DNA of 64,000 nt, taken from contig CANMOP010000010.1 of NCBI GenBank assembly GCA_947499615.1, positions 2,306-66,305 on the forward strand, given 5' to 3'. Source of the DNA: Chloroflexota bacterium. Its GTDB lineage: Bacteria; Chloroflexota; Dehalococcoidia; UBA2979. This document shows positions 49,037 through 57,319 of the stretch, piece after piece. Every line of letters begins with the position of its first letter. Position 1 is the first letter of the stretch. A program made the position numbers and the translations under genes. The notes under the pieces are model-generated. The model saw only the letters and a list, made by a program, of their open reading frames with translations. It was not told the origin of the DNA and made no database searches.

Positions 49037-50386
49037 ATGACCAACACCCCCACCGGTACCCCGTCAGGTGTTCCCACCGGCATCCCGTCCGGCGCCGCGG
49101 CAGATGGCGCACCTGACGAGTTGGACTCCGGCCTCGCGAGCATCGAAGAAGGCATCGCCGAGTTCCGCGCCGGTCGGCCGGTGATCATCGTCGACAACAA
49201 GGATCGCGAGAACGAAGGCGATGTCTGCGTCCCGGCGCAGGCATGCACCGCCGAGCTCATCAATTTCATGGCGATGCACGCCCGCGGCCTGATCTGTGTC
49301 GCGATGACCGGTGAGCGCCTGGATTACCTCAAGTTGCCGATGATGGCCCGCGAGAACACGGCGCCCCTCGGCACCGCCTTCACCGTCAGCGTGGAAGCCC
49401 GCGAGGGTGTCACCACCGGCATCTCCGCTGCGGACCGCGCGCGCACCGTTCAGGTGCTCGTCGACCCGGCAGCCGGCCCCGAGGATCTCACGCACCCCGG
49501 CCACATGTTCCCGCTGCGCGCTCGCGCGGGTGGTGTGCTGGTGCGAGCGGGCCAGACAGAGGCATCGGTCGACCTCGCAACGCTCGCGGGACTGGCGCCG
49601 GCCGCCGTCATCTGCGAGATCATGCGCGACGACGGGACCATGGCGCGCATGCCAGACCTACGGGTCTTCGCGGCGACGCATGGCCTCAAGATCATCGCCG
49701 TCGACGACCTCATCGCGTACCGGGTGCGCACGGAGCGCCTCGTTGAGCGCGTCGCGGAGTCCAACCTGCCGACTCCCTTCGGCGAGTTCACGGCGATCGC
49801 CTATCGCACGCGCATCGATGCCAAGGAGCACCTGGCGCTGGTGATGGGCGAGATCACGACGGGCGAGCCAGTGCTGGCACGCGTGCACGACCAGTGCATC
49901 ACCGGCGATGTCTTCGGCTCGCTGCGTTGCGACTGCGGCGAGCAGCTAGAGGTCGCGATGCAACGCGTCGCGGACGCGGGGCGCGGGGTGATCCTCTACA
50001 TGGATCAGGAGGGCCGAGGCATCGGCCTGCACAACAAGATCCGCGCCTACCACCTGCAGGACGGCGGGATGGACACGGTGGAGGCGAACGAGGCACTCGG
50101 CCTGCCCGCGGATGGGCGCGAGTACGGCATTGGCATGCAGATCCTGCTGGATCTTGGTGTGCGCAAGTTGCGACTCATGACGAACAACCCGGCGAAGCGC
50201 TCGGGCCTCGAGGGCTTCGGACTCGAGATCGTGGAGCGCATCCCGATCGAGGTGGAGCCGAACCCGCACAACCTGCGCTACCTCCAGACCAAGCGCGAAA
50301 AGATGGGCCACCTCCTGGGCGCGCAGGGCCTGGACGATCCCTCCGCCGATGCCGGTGATGTGACGCAGACCGGAGGACTCGCCTAA
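49037..50386 (+). CDS. ribBA: DHBP synthase/GTP cyclohydrolase II
   Basis: RENEGD, FTVSV, GQTEA, C..GD.FGS.RCDC, QEGRGIG and MTNNP motifs. Confidence 0.96.
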   Translation: MTNTPTGTPSGVPTGIPSGAAADGAPDELDSGLASIEEGIAEFRAGRPVIIVDNKDRENEGDVCVPAQACTAELINFMAMHARGLICVAMTGERLDYLKLPMMARENTAPLGTAFTVSVEAREGVTTGISAADRARTVQVLVDPAAGPEDLTHPGHMFPLRARAGGVLVRAGQTEASVDLATLAGLAPAAVICEIMRDDGTMARMPDLRVFAATHGLKIIAVDDLIAYRVRTERLVERVAESNLPTPFGEFTAIAYRTRIDAKEHLALVMGEITTGEPVLARVHDQCITGDVFGSLRCDCGEQLEVAMQRVADAGRGVILYMDQEGRGIGLHNKIRAYHLQDGGMDTVEANEALGLPADGREYGIGMQILLDLGVRKLRLMTNNPAKRSGLEGFGLEIVERIPIEVEPNPHNLRYLQTKREKMGHLLGAQGLDDPSADAGDVTQTGGLA

Positions 50387-50874
50387 TGCGTACGTTCGAG
50401 GGCTCACTGGACGGCAGCGAATTGCGCATCGGCATCGTGGTATCGCGCTTCAACGAACTGATCACCGAGAAGCTGCTGAGCGGCGCGGTGGACACCGCGC
50501 GCGAGTGCGGCGTCGCCGACGAGGCGATCGACGTGGTCTGGGTGCCCGGCGCATTCGAGCTGGCGACGGCCGCACGCTGGCTGGCGGACAGCGGCAACTA
50601 CGACGCGATTGCATGTGTTGGTGCGGTGATCCGCGGCCAGACCCCCCACTTCGACTTTGTGGCCGGCGAGGCTGCTCGGGGTGTAGCGGAAACGGCCCGT
50701 GATTACGACGTCCCGGTGACCTTCGGCGTGATCACCTCGGACAATCTGGAGCAGGCGCAGGCGCGCGCCGGCGGCACCGTCGGCAACAAGGGCCGCGAGG
50801 CGATGCTGGCGGCCATCGAGATGGCCACGCTCCGCGCACTGGTCGATCCCCCGGACGAGGGGGCATCGGGATGA
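50386..50874 (+). CDS. ribH: Lumazine synthase
   Basis: SRFN, VPGAFE, GAVIRG.TPHF and NKG motifs. Confidence 0.95.
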   Translation: MRTFEGSLDGSELRIGIVVSRFNELITEKLLSGAVDTARECGVADEAIDVVWVPGAFELATAARWLADSGNYDAIACVGAVIRGQTPHFDFVAGEAARGVAETARDYDVPVTFGVITSDNLEQAQARAGGTVGNKGREAMLAAIEMATLRALVDPPDEGASG

Positions 50875-50917
50875 CTCGCACCTCATCACGCGTTCGCATC
50901 ACACCAGGGAGTCCGAG

Positions 50918-51403
50918 ATGACCGAGAAGACCGGAAACCCGAGCGGCGGCGAACCGATTGACCGCGCGGCGCGCGACGCCGTGCAGCTGGCGTACCAGGC
51001 GCTGGAGCGCTTCCCTGAGTTGGTACGTCGGCACAAGTTCATCGCCGGCGGGGCGGCGGTCTCTACATCGCTGATCGTACTGGCGGGCGTGGCAATCGCG
51101 AGGCGTATGCGCCTCGGCCAAACCTCGGACGAGGCGCTTGCCTCGGTCACCGAGGGCGAGATGCAGGGCCAGCGCATGGTCGTCGTCGAGCCGGACGAGG
51201 ACGCGGAGGCCGATCCGGACGCTCAGGCCGAGGACGCCACGACGACTCCGGCGGACTCCACGCTCCGCGAAGGCGAGGCTGTCGACACCGCAGAGCCCGC
51301 AGCGCCGGCCCCCGCCGCCGATGGCACCACGACTCGCCCCAACCTCACGACCGTCCCGAGCAACGGGAACGGCACTGGGCGGACGGAAGTCGGCCACCAC
51401 TAG
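50918..51403 (+). CDS. Hypothetical single-TM protein with acidic disordered tail
   Basis: AGGGAG RBS; hydrophobic segment FIAGG...GVAIA; low-complexity C-terminus. Confidence 0.65.
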   Translation: MTEKTGNPSGGEPIDRAARDAVQLAYQALERFPELVRRHKFIAGGAAVSTSLIVLAGVAIARRMRLGQTSDEALASVTEGEMQGQRMVVVEPDEDAEADPDAQAEDATTTPADSTLREGEAVDTAEPAAPAPAADGTTTRPNLTTVPSNGNGTGRTEVGHH

Positions 51404-51469
51404 GCACGACGGATCGACCTGCCCTGATGTCCCGCGCCGGATCCCGATCGCGCGACGAGGACGCTGTCC

Positions 51470-52717
51470 ATGACCAGCAGCAGACACCCTGACGGCGTCG
51501 ACACACGCATCGTCCGCCGTATCTCACACTGCGATCTGGACACGTTCTTCGTCGCGGTCGAACGGTTGCGCGCTCCTGCACTCATCGGACAGCCGGTGCT
51601 CGTCGGCGGCACGGGGCCACGCTCGGTGGTCGCAACTGCCTCGTACGAGGCACGAGTGTTCGGCTGCCACTCGGCACAGCCGATGTCGCAAGCGCTGCGA
51701 CTGTGCCCGCAGGCAATCGTTGTCGCGCCGGACTTCGGGCGCTATCGAGCGGCGTCGGCACAGTTCCACGCCGTGCTACAGGACTGCTCCCCGCTCGTAG
51801 AGTCCGCCGGCCTCGACGAGGCATACGTCGACCTCACGGGGATCGGCGAGGGCGTAGGCGCGGCACACCGCGTCGCCACCTCGATCCGCGAGCGCGTGCG
51901 CGCCGAGGTGGGCCTCGCGGTCTCGGTCGGGATCGCGGACGGCCGCACCACGGCGAAGGTGGCATCCGATCGCGCGAAGCCGGACGGGCTGCTGGAGCTA
52001 CCACCCGGCGGCGATGCTGCGTTCCTCGCCCCGCTGCCGCTGCGCGAGCTGCCGATGGTGGGGCCTCGCCTCGCGGAGCAGCTGCGCGCCGCAGGGGTGC
52101 GCACGATCGGTCAGGCAGCGGCACTCGACCCGGCGTGGCTCAACGCGCGCTTCGGCAGCGCAGGCCTGCAGTTGAGCGAACGTGCGCGAGGAATCGACGC
52201 CACACTGGTGCGGGCACTGCCGCGCGCGCCAGTCTCGGTCTCGCGCGAGGTGACATTCGAGACGGACGTGACGGATCGCGACGCGCTGCGCCGGGTGCTG
52301 CGATCGCAGGCGGAGCAAGTGGGCGCGGATCTGCGGCGGGCCGGCCGCCGAGCGCGCACAGTCACGCTGAAACTGCGGTGGAGCGATTTCACGACGGTCA
52401 CTCGATCGCACACCCTCGACCGGCCCGCACAGTCCAACGCGCAGTTGGCCGCCGCGGGCAACGCCCTGCTGGATGCCGTGCTAGGGGAGGCCGGACGGCG
52501 GCCGGTGCGCCTCATCGGCGTGGGCGCTACCAACCTCGTCGGCGACGAGGTGCAACTGCGACTGGACGACCCGCAGATGGGCCTCGGCGAGCCGCAACCA
52601 CGCGAGGAGCGACTGGATCACGTGGTGGACGCGATCCGGGATCGCTTCGGTCCGGGCGCGGTGCGGCGCGGGCCGAACTCGTCCGGGCGTGGCGAACGGC
52701 GCCCTGATCGAGGCTAG
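51470..52717 (+). CDS. dinB: DNA polymerase IV
   Basis: HCDLDTFF, SYEAR, GLDEAY and AKVAS..KPDG motifs; little-finger domain. Confidence 0.94.
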   Translation: MTSSRHPDGVDTRIVRRISHCDLDTFFVAVERLRAPALIGQPVLVGGTGPRSVVATASYEARVFGCHSAQPMSQALRLCPQAIVVAPDFGRYRAASAQFHAVLQDCSPLVESAGLDEAYVDLTGIGEGVGAAHRVATSIRERVRAEVGLAVSVGIADGRTTAKVASDRAKPDGLLELPPGGDAAFLAPLPLRELPMVGPRLAEQLRAAGVRTIGQAAALDPAWLNARFGSAGLQLSERARGIDATLVRALPRAPVSVSREVTFETDVTDRDALRRVLRSQAEQVGADLRRAGRRARTVTLKLRWSDFTTVTRSHTLDRPAQSNAQLAAAGNALLDAVLGEAGRRPVRLIGVGATNLVGDEVQLRLDDPQMGLGEPQPREERLDHVVDAIRDRFGPGAVRRGPNSSGRGERRPDRG

Positions 52718-52815
52718 GCCGCGCAGAACATCACCGCGCGGGCCACATCTCGGGCACCGCCAACACGACCGGCAATGTCGCGTTGACCATCGGCCACGGA
52801 CTTCCGGGACTCTCG

Positions 52816-52846
52816 GGCAAGAATCTCACCAAATCTGCATGAACCT
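52816..52846. promoter_or_regulatory. Putative operator upstream of the AKR-ahbAB-chdC operon
   Basis: AATCT/AATCT/AACCT at 10-bp period (52822, 52832, 52842); AATCTCACCAAA recurs inverted at 55878-55889. Confidence 0.45.
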
Positions 52847-52917
52847 GCCATCTCCCCCCGTTGTCGCTGGGAGGTTTTGCACCGACGCTCTGGACGCGAA
52901 ACGAAAGGGCGGACGAC

Positions 52918-53931
52918 ATGCGATACCGGACTATCGCGGGCAGCGACGTACAGGTCTCCGAGGTCGGCTTCGGAGTCTGGACGATGGCCACCGGCTGGTG
53001 GGGCCAATACACCGATGAGCAGTCGACCACGCTGCTGCGGCAGTCCTTCGACCGCGGCATCACCTTCTTCGACACGGCTGACACGTACGGCAACGGGCGC
53101 GGCGAGACCGCCTTGGCGCTGGCCTTCCCCGGCGCCGACCGCCAGAAGATCGTGATCGGTACCAAGTTCGGCTACGACTGGAAGGCGGCGATGGGCGAGC
53201 GGCGCGAGGGCCATCGCGAGGCGCCACACCGCCTGGACATCCCCTTTCTGGAGCAGGCACTGGATGACTCGCTGGAGCGCCTGGGCACGGACTACATCGA
53301 CGTCTGGCAACTGCACAATGTGCGTGGCGACCACCTTCGCGAGGACGCGCTCTGGATGTTCCTGGACAAGGTGCGCGCCTCCGGCAAGGTACGCTCCATC
53401 GGCGTCGCGCTGGGCCCGGCGATCGGCTGGCTGGACGAGGGGCTGTACTCGCTGCGCGACCGACCGGTCGACACCGTGCAGATGATCTACAATGCGCTGG
53501 AACTCGATCCCGGCCGCGAACTCATCGCCGCCGCGCGGGAGACCGGTCGGTCGTTGCTGGTGCGGGTGCCGCACTCCTCGGGCATGCTCGAAGGCAAGTA
53601 CGACGCGAATACCACGTTCGACGCGAACGACCACCGCAGCCACCGCCCGAAAGCGTGGCTCACGAACGGGCTGCAGAAGATCCAACAGCTCGACTTCCTG
53701 ACCAACGGCACCGGACGCACGCTCGGCCAGGCGGCGCTACGCTACGTGCTGCACGATCCCACCGTCGTCAGCGCGCTCCCCAACATCTACAACCTCGATC
53801 AGGTGGACGAGTTCTGCGGCGCCTCGGACGTCGCGGACATCACCACCGACGAGGCGGCGCGCATCCAGGCGCTGTTCGAGACAAACTACGGGCTCCCCCG
53901 CGAAGTAGAACAGGCGGTAGCACGGCCATGA
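52918..53931 (+). CDS. Aldo/keto reductase
   Basis: VSEVGFG, FDTADTYG, TKFG, SLERLGTDYID..QLH and QMIYN; D/Y/K/H tetrad intact. Confidence 0.92.
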   Translation: MRYRTIAGSDVQVSEVGFGVWTMATGWWGQYTDEQSTTLLRQSFDRGITFFDTADTYGNGRGETALALAFPGADRQKIVIGTKFGYDWKAAMGERREGHREAPHRLDIPFLEQALDDSLERLGTDYIDVWQLHNVRGDHLREDALWMFLDKVRASGKVRSIGVALGPAIGWLDEGLYSLRDRPVDTVQMIYNALELDPGRELIAAARETGRSLLVRVPHSSGMLEGKYDANTTFDANDHRSHRPKAWLTNGLQKIQQLDFLTNGTGRTLGQAALRYVLHDPTVVSALPNIYNLDQVDEFCGASDVADITTDEAARIQALFETNYGLPREVEQAVARP

Positions 53932-55010
53932 CAACCACGGCGCCTCGACCAAACATGACACTGGATGAAATGACCTCGCTCCTCCTGAACGAACTGCAGG
54001 ATCGCTACCCGTTGGTGGAGCGCCCCTACGCCGAGGTCGGCGCTCGCCTCGGCATTTCGGAAGAGGAGACGCTGCGCCGGCTCAAGGAGGCACGAACGGC
54101 CGGCGTAATCCGCCAGGTCTGCGCCATCTACGACACCAAGGCACTGGGCTACTCCTCCGCGCTGGTCGCGATGCACGTGGAGCCGGAGTTGTTGGCCCGC
54201 GCGGTCGCAGTGGTGAACGCGCATCCCGGCGTCTCCCACAACTACCAGCGCAACCATGATTTCAACGTGTGGTTCACCGTCGCGATGCCGCCCGGCAACG
54301 ACCTTGACCACGTGATTCAGCGCATCCACGAACTCTCCGGCGCGACATCTACACGCCCGATGCCGACGCTGCGGCTCTTCAAGATCGGCGTCACTCTCGA
54401 TATGTCCGGCGAGCGTGACCTCGCTGCGCGCGGTGCCCCGGAGTACTCCGAGGAGCGTCGCGAAGAGGCAGCCCTGCATCCCATCACGGAAGCGGACATC
54501 GCCTACATCCGCGCCACGCAGGGTGACCTCCCAGACGTCGCCACCCCATTCGAGGCTGTAGCGAAGAAGCTCGGCATGACGGTGGAGCAGGTGCTCGCGC
54601 ACGGGCGCCAGATGGTCGATCACGGCCACCTGCGCCGCTTTGCGACGATCCTTAACCACCGGGCCGCGGGATTCCGCGCCAACGGCATGGCCGTGTGGAA
54701 TGTGCCGCAGGATCGCATTCTTGAGTTCGGCACGTTCGTCGCGGGCTATCGCAACGTCTCGCACTGCTACCAGCGCCCGACGTACGAGGACTGGCCGTAC
54801 AACGTCTTCTCGATGATCCACGCGCCGCGCGCGGAAGGCGTCGAGGCAGTGGCGGACGCGATCGCTGCGGAGACGGGGGTCACCGACCACCGCATGCTGT
54901 ACTCCAGCACCGAATTTAAGAAGATTCGGCTGCCGTACTACACGCCCGAGTACGACGAGTGGGAAACTCGCTGCGCGGCGGCCGCCCGGGGCGACGAGGT
55001 GCGCGGGTGA
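53928..55010 (+). CDS. ahbAB: Fused siroheme decarboxylase AhbA-AhbB (NirDL/GH-like, Lrp/AsnC fold)
   Basis: Two Lrp-like halves with VSHNYQR and VSHCYQR (HxYxR) motifs; NGMAVW, WPYN.FSMIH and EFKK. Confidence 0.88.
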   Translation: MTTTAPRPNMTLDEMTSLLLNELQDRYPLVERPYAEVGARLGISEEETLRRLKEARTAGVIRQVCAIYDTKALGYSSALVAMHVEPELLARAVAVVNAHPGVSHNYQRNHDFNVWFTVAMPPGNDLDHVIQRIHELSGATSTRPMPTLRLFKIGVTLDMSGERDLAARGAPEYSEERREEAALHPITEADIAYIRATQGDLPDVATPFEAVAKKLGMTVEQVLAHGRQMVDHGHLRRFATILNHRAAGFRANGMAVWNVPQDRILEFGTFVAGYRNVSHCYQRPTYEDWPYNVFSMIHAPRAEGVEAVADAIAAETGVTDHRMLYSSTEFKKIRLPYYTPEYDEWETRCAAAARGDEVRG

Positions 55011-55795
55011 CATCCGACGCCGGAAGCGCCAGCACACCGCATTCGCCATACGCCCGCCCGGCGAACCTGCCGGAGCCGACGTCTCCGCACGGCAAACAGT
55101 TCGTGAAGTTCACGTTCTTTCGCGTGCGCGACGCGGTGCGTGCCGGTGACGCTGCGGCACGTGCCGAAGCCGCGCGCTGCCTCGCAGAGCTGCTGGAACG
55201 CTCCTCCCAACGCATGTTGACGCGCACCTACACCACGGTGGGCACGCGGCGCGATACCGATTTCATGGTCTGGCAGGTCGCCGACGATCTGCAGGAGATC
55301 ATGGACTGGCAGTCCGCACTGCTCGCCTCCCCGCTGGCGTCAGCGCTGGAGCAGCCGCACTCCTTCTTGTCGATGACCATGCGGTCCATGTACGCCAACC
55401 CGCTGCACACCTCAGCACCCGGCGACCCCGGTCGGGAGCGGCTGCGCTCCGATGACAGCGGCGCGGCGTATCTCTTCGTGTACCCGATGGTGAAGACTCG
55501 CGAGTGGTACAAGCTCCCGCAGGATCGCCGGCAGGAGATCATGAACGAGCACATCGCGATCGGGCACGCGTACCACCGCATCCGAATCAACACGACGTAC
55601 TCCTACGGTCTCGACGACCAGGAGTTTGTCGTCGCGTTCGAGGGAGACTCGCCCGGCGAGTTCCTGGCGCTGGTGCGTGACCTGCGCGACTCCGCGTCGT
55701 CGTCGTACACCGAGCGGGACACGCCGATGTTCACCTGCCGTCGGATGGCACCGCAGGCACTGGCAGCCTATTGCGGGCTGCTGCCACGGGACTGA
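55007..55795 (+). CDS. Coproheme decarboxylase (ChdC/HemQ, chlorite dismutase family)
   Basis: YPMVK (ChdC Tyr/Lys motif), WY.LP...R..IM.EH and YS.GLDDQEF; Ile rather than Arg at the Cld distal position by eye alignment. Confidence 0.8.
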   Translation: MTSDAGSASTPHSPYARPANLPEPTSPHGKQFVKFTFFRVRDAVRAGDAAARAEAARCLAELLERSSQRMLTRTYTTVGTRRDTDFMVWQVADDLQEIMDWQSALLASPLASALEQPHSFLSMTMRSMYANPLHTSAPGDPGRERLRSDDSGAAYLFVYPMVKTREWYKLPQDRRQEIMNEHIAIGHAYHRIRINTTYSYGLDDQEFVVAFEGDSPGEFLALVRDLRDSASSSYTERDTPMFTCRRMAPQALAAYCGLLPRD

Positions 55796-55845
55796 GTCGA
55801 CGAGGCCTCCACGGAGCGGCGTCGCCACTTCCATGGCCGAGGATG

Positions 55846-55894
55846 TAAACTGCAGATCGCTCGAATCTGATCAGAACTTTGGTGAGATTTTGCC
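55846..55894. promoter_or_regulatory. Putative promoter/operator of the HTH regulator
   Basis: TAAACT -10 at 55846-55851; palindrome TCTGATCAGA at 55866-55875; inverted copy of the 52816-52833 motif over the RBS. Confidence 0.45.
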
Positions 55895-56537
55895 AGCACG
55901 CCAGACCAACGCCTCGCAGACTCCTGCCGTCACCCGTTGGGTGAACCTCGGCCGCGCCTGCGAGATCCTCGGCGTCAACGAATCGACAGTTCGGCGCTGG
56001 GCAGACTCCGGCGAGATCCGCTGCTTTCGCACGCCGGGCGGGCACCGGCGGTTCGCCGAGGGCGACCTGGTGGCGATGACCGAAGGCGGGCCAGGCGGGC
56101 CTCGATCGGAGACGGCGCTGGAAACGGCAGCGGTCTCTCGCATCCGCCGGCAGTTGCAGTCCGGCGGCAAAGGCGCGGCCTCGTGGTACCCCAGCATGGA
56201 GGAGGACGAGCGCGACGCGTTGCGTCCCCTCGGCCGGCGCCTAGTGGAGCTCGTCGGCGAGTACATCTCGCGGCGCGGTGGTCGGCGCGCGCTGGTGGAA
56301 GCCGAGGTCGACGAGATCGGCCAGCGCTACGGCCAGATCCTCCACCAGCGCGGCACGCCGTTGTTGCGCGCGGTGGAGGCCTTCACGTTCTTCCGTCGCT
56401 CGTTGGACGAGACAGCGAAGCAACTCGCCGAGCGCACCAGCATGTCCGCCGAGGAAGCGGCCCGAGCGCGCGCGGAGATCGGCGGGCTCGCCGACCGCGT
56501 GCTGCTGGGCGTGACCGCCGCGTACGACGTCGAGTAA
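55890..56537 (+). CDS. BldC/excisionase-like HTH regulator with helical (globin/RsbRD_N-like) C-terminal domain
   Basis: LG.ACE.LGV..STVRRWAD.G.I...RTPGGHRRF signature; all-helical C-terminus; start uncertain (TTG 55890 or ATG 55833). Confidence 0.8.
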   Translation: MPARQTNASQTPAVTRWVNLGRACEILGVNESTVRRWADSGEIRCFRTPGGHRRFAEGDLVAMTEGGPGGPRSETALETAAVSRIRRQLQSGGKGAASWYPSMEEDERDALRPLGRRLVELVGEYISRRGGRRALVEAEVDEIGQRYGQILHQRGTPLLRAVEAFTFFRRSLDETAKQLAERTSMSAEEAARARAEIGGLADRVLLGVTAAYDVE

Positions 56538-56589
56538 GTCGGATAGTTCGAGACAGCACGGAAGTCTGGACGACAGGGACAGGGAGCCA

Positions 56590-57315
56590 ATGGGGTACTA
56601 CCCAATCTTCGTGGAGATGCGTGACCGACCGGTACTGCTCGTCGGCGGCGGACACGTCGCACTCGAGAAGATCGGCAAGTTGGTGGACGCCGGTGCCCGC
56701 GTCACCGTGGTTGCGCCGGAGCTGATTCCGGCGGTACAGGCATACATCGATGACGGCCGTGCCACGCTGCAGCAGCGCGTCTACGAGGACGGCGATGTGG
56801 ATGGCATGGACGTCGTGATGGTCGCCACCGACGACGGCGAGGTGAACGCCCGCGTTGCCGCCGATGCGCGCGCGCAGGACATCTGGGTCAACGCCGCCGA
56901 CGACGCTGCGAACTGCGACTTCATCCTGCCTTCGCTCGCACAGCGCGGCACGATTGCGATCGCGACCTCCACGGGCGGCGCCAGTCCAGCGCTGGCACGC
57001 TGGCTGCGCGAGCGAATGGAAGAGTTCCTGAGCGACGACGTGGTCGCGCTCGGCGACCTTCTGAAAGAGCTGCGCGTGCTCGTCCGACAGCGAGATCGCC
57101 AGTGCGCCGCCGGCTGCAGTTTGGTACGCACGCCCCCGCCGCTACTGTGCACGAGTTGCCCAAACCGCATCCCCGCCGACCGTTGGCAGACGGCCATCGA
57201 TGATGAGTTGCTGGCGCTGCTGCGCGCCGGACGCATCACAGACGCGAAGGCCCGGATGAGCACCGCGCTCGGACTCGACGCGCCGTTGATCGCCTCGCCC
57301 GGACGAGACGGCTAG
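56590..57315 (+). CDS. Precorrin-2 dehydrogenase/sirohydrochlorin ferrochelatase (CysG-N/Met8/SirC-like)
   Basis: YYPIF, VGGGHVA..K, VNAADD..CDF and STGGASP motifs. Confidence 0.9.
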   Translation: MGYYPIFVEMRDRPVLLVGGGHVALEKIGKLVDAGARVTVVAPELIPAVQAYIDDGRATLQQRVYEDGDVDGMDVVMVATDDGEVNARVAADARAQDIWVNAADDAANCDFILPSLAQRGTIAIATSTGGASPALARWLRERMEEFLSDDVVALGDLLKELRVLVRQRDRQCAAGCSLVRTPPPLLCTSCPNRIPADRWQTAIDDELLALLRAGRITDAKARMSTALGLDAPLIASPGRDG

Positions 57316-57319
57316 CGCA

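Noticed and set aside
53928-55010. Lrp/AsnC transcription regulator or heme d1 (nir) cluster
   Set aside because: Tandem HxYxR motifs indicate siroheme decarboxylase, and no nirS/nirF/nirJ/nirN genes are in the window.
55007-55795. Chlorite dismutase / perchlorate respiration
   Set aside because: It lacks the distal Arg by eye alignment, carries the ChdC YPMxK motif, has no signal peptide and sits in a heme biosynthesis cluster.
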